From an uncultured Candidatus Saccharibacteria bacterium (GTDB lineage: Bacteria > Patescibacteriota > UBA1384 > DTJR01): DNA of 64,000 nucleotides. This document shows, one piece after another, positions 1-9,016 of the stretch; position 1 is the stretch's first letter, and each line of letters opens with the position of its first letter. The translations under genes were made by a program, and so were the position numbers. Below the pieces are notes generated by a model. It was not told where the DNA came from. It was given only the letters and a program-made list of their open reading frames with translations, and did no database searches. The DNA is taken from positions 123,740-187,739 of the forward strand of contig CAZAOT010000002.1 in assembly GCA_964487045.1 (NCBI GenBank). The letters run 5' to 3'.

Positions 1-123
1 GCTAGAATTTCTGATGGTTTAGCCCATTTCTCGGCAATTATATGTGCAATTCTTTTGGTAATAACTAAAGTTTTGCCAGTTCCGGCTCCAGCAATTATAA
101 GAAGTGGTCCGTTTTTATGCATA
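1..123 (-). CDS. UvrD/PcrA-family DNA helicase, N-terminal fragment running off the window edge
   Basis: Reverse-strand translation [41 protein letters not shown] contains the Walker A motif GAGTGKT in the usual UvrD N-terminal context. Confidence 0.6.
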
Positions 124-258
124 ACGGCAGTTTGCTGCTCTTTGTTTAAGCCTTGTAGTAGATCATTCACACCTGGATTATAACACAAGAAATCTCTTGG
201 CATGAAAGAGGCCCAGACACCACAGAAAAACTGCGGGCTGGGCCTCGTGACGGGCTTG

Positions 259-597
259 CTAGTGGCGACAGAAACGTTGCCGGTAGATCTGGATGATCCA
301 CTCGACTAGTTGGCCGAGCATCTTGTCCAGAATATCCAGCAGCCGCAGAAGCGGCAGCGAGATGATCACCCAGTGACGAGCGATCTCTTGACCGTTTCTG
401 TTGCAGTCGTACGTGACGACCGCAGCCCAGAACAGGCCGGCCAAGCCGTTGACGGTCGCCGAAACTTCCGGCGCCGTCAGAATGCGACGATAGTCGTCCG
501 AAAACCTCCAGACCACCATCATCGCGTACGTTACTACTGCCCAGATCGCCATATGTACGGCGAACTGAACCCACGACATCTTCTGCTTCGATTGCAT
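259..597 (-). CDS. small two-TM membrane protein encoded in high-GC island 1
   Basis: ATG start; two hydrophobic helices ([37 protein letters not shown]). GC3 is very high, consistent with real coding in a high-GC donor. The overlapping ORFs 167..574 and 310..603 are low-complexity and judged spurious. Confidence 0.4.
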   Translation of the reverse strand: MQSKQKMSWVQFAVHMAIWAVVTYAMMVVWRFSDDYRRILTAPEVSATVNGLAGLFWAAVVTYDCNRNGQEIARHWVIISLPLLRLLDILDKMLGQLVEWIIQIYRQRFCRH

Positions 598-898
598 CTG
601 TGATGTCCCCTTTCAGGGTGCCCTGTTACGGGCGTGCTGTGATGGGTGCTATTTGTCAAGCCCTCAAGCAGTTTCTGATCTGTTATAAGAAACCTTCTTC
701 AGGACTAAACCTAGATAGTATAGCACAAAACACCCCAAAAGTCAAGGCTCGGTACTCCGAGCCGCAGATCCCTCGCTCTAGACACGAAACGAACACGAAC
801 GCATAGTTCGAGTGAGTATTAGAGTTAGAGAGAGTGGGTCAACCCAAAAGTATTTGAATTAGAGCGAGTGGATCAAGATTGAATTATAAAAAAGAAGT

Positions 899-926
899 CC
901 GCGAGCACCCTTGGGGTCGCGGACTG
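899..926 (-). terminator. hairpin GTCCGCGA-N12-TCGCGGAC followed by a T-run on the minus strand
   Basis: 8-bp perfect stem immediately downstream of the 945..1550 gene, then TTCTTTTTTAT. Confidence 0.4.
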
Positions 927-944
927 GATAGCCAGATGATGGCT

Positions 945-1550
945 TTAGCGGACAAAATATCCGCCCATTCTCGTGAAAACAACCGGGGCAGAAGTTAGCC
1001 TCTCGATCTTGCTCCGAAGGTTACCTACGTGAGTGCGCACCCGGCCCTCCGAGATCTTGTCCTCACCCTCCCACAGGTGAAGAAAAATGTCGGAAAGCTT
1101 GAGCACCTTGCCCTTATTCATCATCAGATGCTTGAGCATACGATATTCGACCATCGTTAGCTCAACATCGCTCTCTCCTACCATCACCCGCCAAGCTCCA
1201 GGATAAAGCCTAACGACCTCGGACTCGAGGTAGATACCCTGAGGCACAACCACATTGCTCGTCCCAAAGAACGCTAGCCCGAAGTCGCGCCTAGCCCTTA
1301 CCGGCTGGACACCGGGACAAGCTGGGCTTAACCTCTGGTTGAGTGATCGACTGCACTGGCCAACTCGCGACACATGCCTTCCCGTCCCATACAAATGCAC
1401 CGAAAGCGTGATTAGATCAACGAAATGGCCTGGCCGCTTCATCAATCCTTCCAATAGATGCGCTTCCTTTCCGTCCAGTTTGACTGTTGTACGATTCACT
1501 CTCGCGCGAGCAGTTGCCCGACAAACTTCAACGCCATGAGCGCTAAACAA
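945..1550 (-). CDS. OmpR/PhoB-type winged-helix (trans_reg_C-like) DNA-binding regulator with no receiver domain; a possible second degenerate winged helix N-terminally; high-GC island 1
   Basis: C-terminal LTMVEYRMLKHLMMNKGKVLKLSDIFLHLWEGEDKISEGRVRTHVGNLRSKIE...VVFTRMGGYFVR matches the OmpR-family DNA-binding domain pattern (xLTxxEfxLLxxL..GxVxSRexLxxxvWg...RtVDvHIxRLRkKIe...I.TVrGvGYr). An earlier segment TVKLDGKEAHLLEGLMKRPGHFVDLITLSVHLYG looks like a second divergent copy. About 57% GC. Confidence 0.55.
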   Translation of the reverse strand: MFSAHGVEVCRATARARVNRTTVKLDGKEAHLLEGLMKRPGHFVDLITLSVHLYGTGRHVSRVGQCSRSLNQRLSPACPGVQPVRARRDFGLAFFGTSNVVVPQGIYLESEVVRLYPGAWRVMVGESDVELTMVEYRMLKHLMMNKGKVLKLSDIFLHLWEGEDKISEGRVRTHVGNLRSKIERLTSAPVVFTRMGGYFVR

Positions 1551-1613
1551 AATGAATCATCCTTCCCAAGTCTTACTTGCTTTATATCATACATCTACTA
1601 TTCTTCTCAAACG

Positions 1614-1639
1614 AAAAAAGAGCCACCTTGACTCTTTTT
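1614..1639 (-). terminator. rho-independent terminator downstream of trxA
   Basis: AAAAAAGAG-ccaccttgact-CTCTTTTT; on the minus strand a stem followed by a T-run. Confidence 0.5.
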
Positions 1640-1762
1640 CCCTTCTTTTCTTGCGAGAGAAAATGCTACCAAATATCACGGAGTAAGCCTTTGTTGTTTC
1701 GAGGACCATTGCCGAACGGAGCTAGTGTGTCCGAGAAATAATAAAGGCGAACGAGTTTGGAG

Positions 1763-2074
1763 CTATAGTCCTAGCATTTTCTTGAGCGCTTCTTTGCTCT
1801 GCACTCCATTTGCCTGATTGACTGGCTTACCATCTTTAAAGGCAATTATCGTAGGAATAGACATGACCTGAAATTGATTGGCCAAGTCCCCTTCCTCATC
1901 TACATTGACCTTATACACATCGGCCTTGTCACTGACTTCCTTGGCTAATTCCTCGATAATTGGCGCAAGCATCTGGCATGGACCGCACCAGGGAGCATAA
2001 AAATCTACGAGCACCGGTTTGCTAGACTTAACTACTTTTTCCTCAAAGTCACTACCCTTAAGCTCTTTGGCCAT
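1763..2074 (-). CDS. trxA: thioredoxin
   Basis: WCGPC active site, about 100 aa, thioredoxin fold pattern. The likely start is MAKELKG; the ORF track extends to 2089. Confidence 0.9.
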   Translation of the reverse strand: MAKELKGSDFEEKVVKSSKPVLVDFYAPWCGPCQMLAPIIEELAKEVSDKADVYKVNVDEEGDLANQFQVMSIPTIIAFKDGKPVNQANGVQSKEALKKMLGL

Positions 2075-2550
2075 GATATTCCCTCCCAAGAATATTTAAT
2101 TTTGATAAGATTATACACTTTTTTTGCAGCTAAAATCGCGACGACAAAAACTATATCGCCGGTTAAAGTGTTTCGGTAAAACGGAATTGCGTTTACGAAG
2201 CAAGCAACTAGCCCAGATAAATTATGTTCGTACCAAGGACCAGTCCAAACACCAAAATTTGAAATAAGAAAAAAAGAGACTGATCCAAGCATTACCGCGA
2301 ATATTGGATGAAGACGCTTGATCTGGCCAAATAGTGCATAGGATATAAAACCGATGTAGACATATATAGAAGCAAAATTAAATTTCAAAAAAATGTCAGA
2401 GATAATCATTGCCAGTAGCGCAAGGGCAATCCCCTTCCAAGCTGATTTTTTTCCGTTAAACAAAATTAAATTTCCTATCGGCGTAAAATTAGCCGGATGA
2501 GGAATCAGTCTTGAAGCAACACAAATAAGAAGCGATAAATAAAATGTCAT
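2032..2550 (-). CDS. integral membrane protein, 5-6 TM; resembles DUF6580 / ECF-S-like small transporter components
   Basis: Multiple hydrophobic helices; the N-terminal RLIPHPANFTPIGNLILFNG resembles the motif I recall from the DUF6580 family. Family assignment is from memory only. Confidence 0.45.
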   Translation of the reverse strand: MTFYLSLLICVASRLIPHPANFTPIGNLILFNGKKSAWKGIALALLAMIISDIFLKFNFASIYVYIGFISYALFGQIKRLHPIFAVMLGSVSFFLISNFGVWTGPWYEHNLSGLVACFVNAIPFYRNTLTGDIVFVVAILAAKKVYNLIKIKYSWEGISWPKSLRVVTLRKK

Positions 2551-2733
2551 AATACTCTACAAGGAATTTAGTTGAAATAGCGTTTGTTGTCAAATGCTTG
2601 CCCCGCATAATCCCCGGCAGTACAAGCTTCGCTTGACTACGTGGTAAACCGCTAGCCAGCCTGCCCCGTGCGAACAAAGTGAGTCGTTCGGGGAAAGGAT
2701 CTTTGCTGGGGTCAAATGGACGCAGCAAACAGG

Positions 2734-3309
2734 TTATTTGACAGTTAGATCAGCAACCGAAACTGGGTTTTCATTGTCAGGACAATATACTCCAACATTA
2801 TCGAATTTAACGAGTGATAAGTTGGATGGGATATCGAAACTAAAATCGCTTTGAGTAACTGCGGAAGAAATTTCTTTGACAGTCGCGAGTGGTTTGGTTG
2901 GGTTATTTTTGTTGACAAGCGCGATCTCAATCGGTCCACAAGCTCCATTGTAGTCAAACAGGGTAACTCTGATTTTAGTCGCTGAGATAATTGTTAGCGA
3001 TCCAGAAATATTATACTTAGAGGCTTTTCTAAACTGCGTTACAAGTCCTATCTTTTTTTGTTCAAGTGGGTCGAGAATAGAGGTCGTGCCAGGCTCAACC
3101 GACTCCCCTCTTTTCTCCATATAAGCGTAAAGGGCGGGATCGGTCAGTTGGTACCTAACAAAACCATCTTGCCTAAGGGATGGGTCAACATTACTAAGCT
3201 CTTGAGCGGGTGCTGGAGTGGCAGTAGCTTGAGGTGTTTTCTTTCCCGTTGAACAACCCACCAAAAGAAAAGCAGAAACGATAATTGTTAATACAACTGC
3301 TTTTTTCAT
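2734..3309 (-). CDS. lipoprotein (hypothetical)
   Basis: Signal peptide with lipobox LLVGCS; otherwise Ser/Thr-rich and hydrophilic. Confidence 0.6.
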   Translation of the reverse strand: MKKAVVLTIIVSAFLLVGCSTGKKTPQATATPAPAQELSNVDPSLRQDGFVRYQLTDPALYAYMEKRGESVEPGTTSILDPLEQKKIGLVTQFRKASKYNISGSLTIISATKIRVTLFDYNGACGPIEIALVNKNNPTKPLATVKEISSAVTQSDFSFDIPSNLSLVKFDNVGVYCPDNENPVSVADLTVK

Positions 3310-3336
3310 TAATTTAATTATACCAAAACTAATTTA

Positions 3337-3849
3337 TTAGTAATCAATTCCCTCTTTGGCCATTTTTCCACGCCTGAAAGGATGTTTAATTTCCTTCATT
3401 TCAGTCACGAGATCGCTTAGGCCGATAAGCCTAAGATACTTTGGTCGACCGGTTAGAATAAGATCTTTTTCCGCTGGAAGTTGTTTTATAAGCTCGACGA
3501 CTTGAGACATATCAATCAATCCACCTTTAATCGACCCAATAATTTCATCAGCTATGATAACATCAAACTTGTTTAGATTTTCAAGTAAGTACTGCATCCC
3601 TTTTTGCGCCGCCTCCCGATGCTCTTTGGGGCTAATCTTATCAGAGTATAATCCAACAAAGCCAAGACCAAATTTCTTGTGCGTTAGACCGGCAATCTCC
3701 CTGAGCGCTTTATCTTCACCTGTAATTGACTTCGGCGACTTTACGAATTGAGCTAAAAGAATCTTTCGATTGTAGCCAGAGGCTCTAAGTGACAAGCCTA
3801 AAGCCGCCGTCGTCTTTCCTTTTCCATTTCCGTAGTAAGTAATTATCAT
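3337..3849 (-). CDS. cob(I)alamin/cob(I)yrinic acid a,c-diamide adenosyltransferase, CobA/CobO/BtuR family
   Basis: N-terminal YYGNGKGKTTAALGLSLRASGYNRKILLAQFVK is the P-loop signature of the CobA/BtuR family; about 170 aa; lies immediately downstream of nrdJ. Confidence 0.75.
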   Translation of the reverse strand: MIITYYGNGKGKTTAALGLSLRASGYNRKILLAQFVKSPKSITGEDKALREIAGLTHKKFGLGFVGLYSDKISPKEHREAAQKGMQYLLENLNKFDVIIADEIIGSIKGGLIDMSQVVELIKQLPAEKDLILTGRPKYLRLIGLSDLVTEMKEIKHPFRRGKMAKEGIDY

Positions 3850-3865
3850 CTCTTATTTTTCTTAA

Positions 3866-6800
3866 CTATGAGCATCCTGTAGTTGCACCGCAGTTTACAC
3901 ATTTCAGGCAATGGCCGTTTTGGACCATAGTTGCTAGGCCGCATTCTGGACACATCTCACCGGAAAAGCCCATATCCTTCTTGAATAACTCGGGCGTTTG
4001 CGGACGATCTTCCATCTCGGCTTCTTTTGAAACCTTCGCATTCATCTTGGTCTGAAGCTTTTCATCTTCCTTATCTACTATTGGCTCTTGGCTTGACTCA
4101 AATGGTAGAGTTACGGCTTTGAGGCCACCATCAAGAAACATTTTTTCGAACCACTGCGCAGTAAAGTCAGAAATCGATGAAGCATTTTTAATATCTGCAT
4201 CACCTGTAAACCCGAGTGGCTGGAAACGCATATGTCTAAGTTGAGCAACAATTGTCTCAATTGGAACTCCATACTGAAGACCGATCGAAACCATCTTAGC
4301 AAATGAGTCGGCCATACCTGCGGCGAAGCTTCCTTGCTGGTTCATAACGATAAATAATTCACCAGGCTTGCCATCATCGTAAAGCCCTACCGTCAAGAAC
4401 ATTTTATGCCCTCCGATGGTAACTTTTCTGGTAATCGAAGTCCTCTGCTTTGGCAGACGCTTTCGAACCGGACGATACTCGACGACGATTTCACGCTCAA
4501 TCACTGGAGCCTCTTCGGATTTTTCTTTATCCTTCTTGCTATTTAATGGCTGGGAGAGTTTAGAGCCATCTCGATAAATAGCTATCGCCTTGATCCCAAG
4601 ACGCCATGCATCCATGTAAATTCGTTCAATATCTTCGACAGTTGCTTCATTTGCCATATTAACAGTCTTTGAGATTGCTCCAGAAAGAAACGGCTGCACA
4701 GCTGCCATCATTTTGATATGACCTTCAGGCTCAATAAAGCGCTTGCCGTGCTCTCCGCATTTGTTAGCACAATCGTAGATAGGTAAATGCTCATCCTGCA
4801 ATTTGGGAGCACCTTCAATAGTCATATAACCGCAGACATATTCGCTTGCTTCATTGATCTGCTCCTTGGAAAAGCCTAAGGCTCCAAGCAAATCAAAATC
4901 ACTTTTTTCGTAATCAGTTAATCCTAATTTTTCGTACGTTTCACTTGACACCTTGTCTCTGGTAAAGGCCTGAGTTATGTCGAAGGCTCCTTTGAGAGAC
5001 CTCTCTATATTATCGATATCTTGATCAGTAAGACCTTTTTTGGAAAGAGATTGGCGATTGATATGAGGAGAATTGTCTAGCGAATCTGATCCGATTATAT
5101 ACTTGATAATTTCATCAATTTCTTCGTTGGAGTAGTTAAGATTTTTAAGCGACTGAGGAACGGATTGGTTAATAATCTTAAAGTATCCGCCACCGGCTAA
5201 TTTCTTAAATTTAACGAGCGCATAGTCAGGCTCAACTCCAGTTGTGTCACAATCCATCAGAAGACCGATTGTGCCAGTTGGAGCAAGCAAACTAACTTGT
5301 GCGTTGCGGAAGCCATATTGCCCACCTTCCAGAAGAGCCTTATCCCATGACTCTTGAGCTGCCTCCAAAATATCCTCTGCAACAACTTCTCGTTTTAATG
5401 AATAAGGAATGAGGTTGATGCCTTCATATTCTTCTTTGGGTACGTCATTAGTCGCTCGTCTATGATTTCGGATAACGCGAAGCATATCGTCTTTGTTTTC
5501 TTCATATTTCTCGAATGTTCCAACTACTTTTGCCATTTCAGCGCTCGTCGAATATGCTACTCCGGTCATAAGCGAAGTTATTCCCGCGGAAAGACCTCTA
5601 CCCTCCTCTGAATCGTAAGGCAATCCCTTGACCATAAGCATAGCGCCCAAATTGGCATAACCTAAGCCAAGCGGTCTAAAGAGATAACTATTCTTAGCAA
5701 TTTCATATGAAGGAAATTGCGCCATCAAGACGGATATTTCGAGTACAACCGTCCAAAGCCTGGTTGCGTGGGAAAAAGATTTAATATCAAAATTGCCTTG
5801 TTTGTCGACAAACTTAATCAAGTTGAGCGAAGCCAAATTGCATGATGAGTCATCAAGGAACATAAACTCTGAGCATGGGTTTGAAGCATTGATTCGCCCG
5901 GAGCTAAGACAGGTATGCCAATCATTGATAGTGGTGTCGTACTGCAGGCCTGGATCTCCACACTGCCAGGTTGAAGTAGCAATTTTGTCCCAGAGATATT
6001 TAGCCTTGACCGTCTTCTCGATATGATCAGGATTAGTCCTCCATCTCAAATGCCACTCACCATCAGACTCTACCGCGCGCATAAAATCGTCAGTTACCCT
6101 AACCGTGTTATTGGAATTTTGACCTGAGACGGTTTGGTAAGCTTCGCCCTCAAGCCCAGCCGTGTAGCCTTCAGCAATTAGCGCCGCCGCCTTCTCTTCC
6201 TCGCGGTGCTTCCAGTCTATGAAAGTCTCTATCTCGGGGTGATCAGCATTAAGAACAACCATTTTGGCGGCGCGGCGCGTCGTTCCACCCGACTTAATTG
6301 CACCCGCTGCTTTATCGAAAATTTCAAGCCAACTCATCAGTCCAGTTGAATTTCCACCACCGGAGAGAGATTCGCCCTTGGCACGAAGAGAAGAAAAGTT
6401 ACTACCCGACCCTGACCCATACTTAAAAATTCGAGCCTCTCTCGTAATAAGATCAAAAATTCCACCTTTGTTTACCAAGTCATCACTGACCGACTGAATA
6501 AAGCAAGCGTGAGGCTGAGGGTGAGTGTAGGCATCTTCTGACTGCTTAAGCTCGCCAGACTTCGGATCAGCATACCAGTGCCCCTGAGCCGGACCTGTTA
6601 TTCCATATGCCCAGTTTAGCCCTGTGTTAAACCATTGCGGAGAGTTCGGGGCTGCATATTGGTTAGCAAGCATAAATAATAGTTCATCTTCAAAAGCTTT
6701 AGCGTCCTCGGTACTTGCAAAATAACCAAACTCTTCTCCCCAATGCCTCCAGCAACCAGCCAATCTTCTAAAAACTTGCTTGGAGGACTTTTCAGGTCCG

Positions 6801-7138
6801 ATCTTAGGATTACCATCTTTATCTAAAATCTTTTTGCCAAATTTATCTTCTTGTGGCACGCCATTTTTTCTTAAATATTTTGAGATAAGAATGTCAGATG
6901 CAACTTTTGACCAAATCTTAGGCACTTCGATATTGTCCATTTCAAATACTGTGCTTCCGTCTGGATTAACAATCTTGCATGATCTGCTTTCATATTCGAG
7001 TGAAGCAAGTGGGTCAGATCCGACTTTGGTGTATTTGCGTTCAATTTTAAGACCACTAGATCTAGGTTTTTTCTTTTTCTTTTCCACTACATCTGGTGTA
7101 ATTTGCTTTGCTTCTTGAATCTCAGTCGCATTAGGCAT
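3866..7138 (-). CDS. nrdJ: adenosylcobalamin-dependent ribonucleotide reductase (class II)
   Basis: 1090 aa. The class II RNR active-site region NPCSEFMFLDDSSCNLASLNL is present, with the typical N-terminal region and a C-terminal zinc ribbon CPECG...CLKCVNCG. Confidence 0.9.
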   Translation of the reverse strand: MPNATEIQEAKQITPDVVEKKKKKPRSSGLKIERKYTKVGSDPLASLEYESRSCKIVNPDGSTVFEMDNIEVPKIWSKVASDILISKYLRKNGVPQEDKFGKKILDKDGNPKIGPEKSSKQVFRRLAGCWRHWGEEFGYFASTEDAKAFEDELLFMLANQYAAPNSPQWFNTGLNWAYGITGPAQGHWYADPKSGELKQSEDAYTHPQPHACFIQSVSDDLVNKGGIFDLITREARIFKYGSGSGSNFSSLRAKGESLSGGGNSTGLMSWLEIFDKAAGAIKSGGTTRRAAKMVVLNADHPEIETFIDWKHREEEKAAALIAEGYTAGLEGEAYQTVSGQNSNNTVRVTDDFMRAVESDGEWHLRWRTNPDHIEKTVKAKYLWDKIATSTWQCGDPGLQYDTTINDWHTCLSSGRINASNPCSEFMFLDDSSCNLASLNLIKFVDKQGNFDIKSFSHATRLWTVVLEISVLMAQFPSYEIAKNSYLFRPLGLGYANLGAMLMVKGLPYDSEEGRGLSAGITSLMTGVAYSTSAEMAKVVGTFEKYEENKDDMLRVIRNHRRATNDVPKEEYEGINLIPYSLKREVVAEDILEAAQESWDKALLEGGQYGFRNAQVSLLAPTGTIGLLMDCDTTGVEPDYALVKFKKLAGGGYFKIINQSVPQSLKNLNYSNEEIDEIIKYIIGSDSLDNSPHINRQSLSKKGLTDQDIDNIERSLKGAFDITQAFTRDKVSSETYEKLGLTDYEKSDFDLLGALGFSKEQINEASEYVCGYMTIEGAPKLQDEHLPIYDCANKCGEHGKRFIEPEGHIKMMAAVQPFLSGAISKTVNMANEATVEDIERIYMDAWRLGIKAIAIYRDGSKLSQPLNSKKDKEKSEEAPVIEREIVVEYRPVRKRLPKQRTSITRKVTIGGHKMFLTVGLYDDGKPGELFIVMNQQGSFAAGMADSFAKMVSIGLQYGVPIETIVAQLRHMRFQPLGFTGDADIKNASSISDFTAQWFEKMFLDGGLKAVTLPFESSQEPIVDKEDEKLQTKMNAKVSKEAEMEDRPQTPELFKKDMGFSGEMCPECGLATMVQNGHCLKCVNCGATTGCS

Positions 7139-7156
7139 CTTTTGTTCTCCTTTTTC

Positions 7157-7600
7157 TTATTTCTTCAACTTCTCAAGCTCTTCCTCAAACGAGTCTATTC
7201 CTTGGAAGTTCTTATATACACTCGCATACCGCAGGTATGCTATCTCATCAAGCTTCTTTAATTTAGCCATGACAAGATTTCCAATCTTTCTACTCGCTAC
7301 GACACTCTCCCCGCAACTTGCTAACTTTTGCTCAATATCATCAACCATTTCCTCGATCAAATCGTTCGAAATCCTTCCATTTGACGCGATCTCTATTCCC
7401 TTAAATATCTTCTCCTTCTCAAAATGCTCGATTGTTCCAGATCTCTTCAATACAGAAAGTTTTATCGGTTCGACTTTTTCGTAAGTAGTGAAGCGATTGC
7501 CACAATCCTCACACTGCCTGCGACGACGAACACAGTTCTCGTCTGTATCACGAGAATCAATAACCGAAAGCTTCTCACTTTTGCATTTTGGACAATTCAT
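7157..7600 (-). CDS. nrdR: transcriptional repressor NrdR
   Basis: MNCPKCKSEKLSVIDSRDTDENCVRRRRQCEDCGNRFTTYEKVE is the NrdR zinc ribbon, followed by an ATP-cone region; 18 bp upstream of nrdJ. Confidence 0.9.
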   Translation of the reverse strand: MNCPKCKSEKLSVIDSRDTDENCVRRRRQCEDCGNRFTTYEKVEPIKLSVLKRSGTIEHFEKEKIFKGIEIASNGRISNDLIEEMVDDIEQKLASCGESVVASRKIGNLVMAKLKKLDEIAYLRYASVYKNFQGIDSFEEELEKLKK

Positions 7601-7650
7601 ATTTTGAGAATTTAATACTAGTTTCTAAAGCTCCCCTCCTTTAGCGAGAG

Positions 7651-7698
7651 CACAACATCTAGCGCTTTCTACTATATCAAACCACAACATAGTGTTGT
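7651..7698 (-). promoter_or_regulatory. candidate tandem NrdR boxes upstream of nrdR-nrdJ
   Basis: CACAACATAGTGTTGT (7683-7698; palindromic arms ACAACA/TGTTGT) and the half-matching CACAACATCTAGCGCT (7651-7666) lie 32 bp apart, 50-95 bp upstream of the nrdR start. Spacing and palindromic character resemble published NrdR boxes. Confidence 0.35.
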
Positions 7699-7730
7699 CA
7701 ATAGCTTCTTCGAGTGAGTAATATTTATAC

Positions 7731-7754
7731 AAAAAAAACGCCTTTCGGCGTTTT
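7731..7754 (-). terminator. rho-independent terminator downstream of ftsZ
   Basis: AAAACGCC-tttc-GGCGTTTT followed on the minus strand by T8. Confidence 0.6.
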
Positions 7755-7838
7755 CCAGTAAGATCCTTCGACAGTGCTTAGGATGACATTATTATATTTA
7801 GATCCTTCGACAGAGCTCAAGATGAAATAGCGAGTACG

Positions 7839-8999
7839 CTATTTCAATTTTCTTCTTATAAAGGCTGGGACTTCTAATTCATCTTCGTTGGTATCAGCTT
7901 CTTCCATCATTGGCTGAGGAGTTTCTTCACGATCAACTAGTGGTGTATAAGACCTTGAAGACTGGAAGCTTCCTAGCGGACTACTATATGTAGTGTTTTG
8001 TTCTTCTCGTGGTTGCGATATAGCCGGTCTTTGTTGCTTGCGCATTTCTACGCCTTCATCAAAACCAGTTGCTATGACGGTGATCTTTACCTCACCGGAC
8101 ATTGATTCATCCACAATTGATCCGAAAATAATATTAGCATCTGGGTCGGCTGCTTCGGTAATAATCTTAGCGGCTTCGTCGATCTCATACATGCTCATAT
8201 CTGGTCCACCAGTAATATTGAACAAAATTCCCTTAGCGCCATCAATTGAAAGCTCGAGAAGTGGAGAGTCGATCGCCGCTCTGGCTGCTTCAATTGCCCG
8301 GTTATCACCAGTGCCTCGGCCAATTCCCATAAGTGCCGAGCCGGCATCTGCCATGATCGTTTTAACGTCAGCAAAGTCAACGTTGATAATTCCATGAAGT
8401 GTAATCAAATCAGAAATGCCCTGAACACCTTGTCTTAAAATATCATCGACTACCGTAAATGCGTCGGTAAGCGATGTTTTTTTGTCAATTACCTGAAGAA
8501 GTCGATCGTTAGGAATAACAATCAGAGTATCAACTTTATCTCGAAGTTCTTCGATTCCTTCCTCAGCAACTTTTTTTCTTCTAATACCTTCAAATGAAAA
8601 TGGCTTGGTAACAATTCCGACAGTTAGCGCTCCAAGCTCTTTGGCAATCGCAGCAACGGTCGGACCCGCACCGGTTCCAGTTCCGCCGCCTGCACCATAA
8701 GTTACAAAAACCATATCCGAGCCTTTTAGGGCTTCGTAAATTTCTTCTTTGTTTTCATCAACGGATTTCTTGCCAACTTCGACATTAGATCCAGCGCCAA
8801 GTCCTCTTGTCAATTCCTTACCGATTTGGATTTTAACCGGAGCTGGATTATTGACCAAGGCCTGTGCATCAGTATTGGATACTATAAATTCAACGCCTCG
8901 GAGCTTGGCGTTAATCATGCGCTCTACGGAATTCCCCCCAGATCCTCCGACGCCGACGACTCTAATCGTTGCAAATGTTTCCAGGTCTTCCTTGATCAT
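7839..8999 (-). CDS. ftsZ: cell division protein FtsZ
   Basis: Tubulin signature GGGTGTG and an N-terminal GVGGSGGN. Confidence 0.95.
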   Translation of the reverse strand: MIKEDLETFATIRVVGVGGSGGNSVERMINAKLRGVEFIVSNTDAQALVNNPAPVKIQIGKELTRGLGAGSNVEVGKKSVDENKEEIYEALKGSDMVFVTYGAGGGTGTGAGPTVAAIAKELGALTVGIVTKPFSFEGIRRKKVAEEGIEELRDKVDTLIVIPNDRLLQVIDKKTSLTDAFTVVDDILRQGVQGISDLITLHGIINVDFADVKTIMADAGSALMGIGRGTGDNRAIEAARAAIDSPLLELSIDGAKGILFNITGGPDMSMYEIDEAAKIITEAADPDANIIFGSIVDESMSGEVKITVIATGFDEGVEMRKQQRPAISQPREEQNTTYSSPLGSFQSSRSYTPLVDREETPQPMMEEADTNEDELEVPAFIRRKLK

Positions 9000-9016
9000 G
9001 GCCTATAATATATTTA

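Noticed and set aside
167-603. ORFs 167..574(-) and 310..603(+) in island 1
   Set aside because: They overlap the better-supported membrane-protein frame 259..597, are low-complexity Arg/Gly/Ser-rich, and lack the GC3 bias expected of the coding frame.
2585-2733. SRP (4.5S) RNA
   Set aside because: There is a faint resemblance (GUUUACCA...) but the diagnostic domain IV AGGAAGCAGC motif is absent.
3866-7138. Possible intein in the 1090-aa NrdJ
   Set aside because: No intein block A/B/G motifs (Cys/Ser start, TxxH, terminal HN before C/S/T) were found. The length is more simply explained by lineage-specific insertions.
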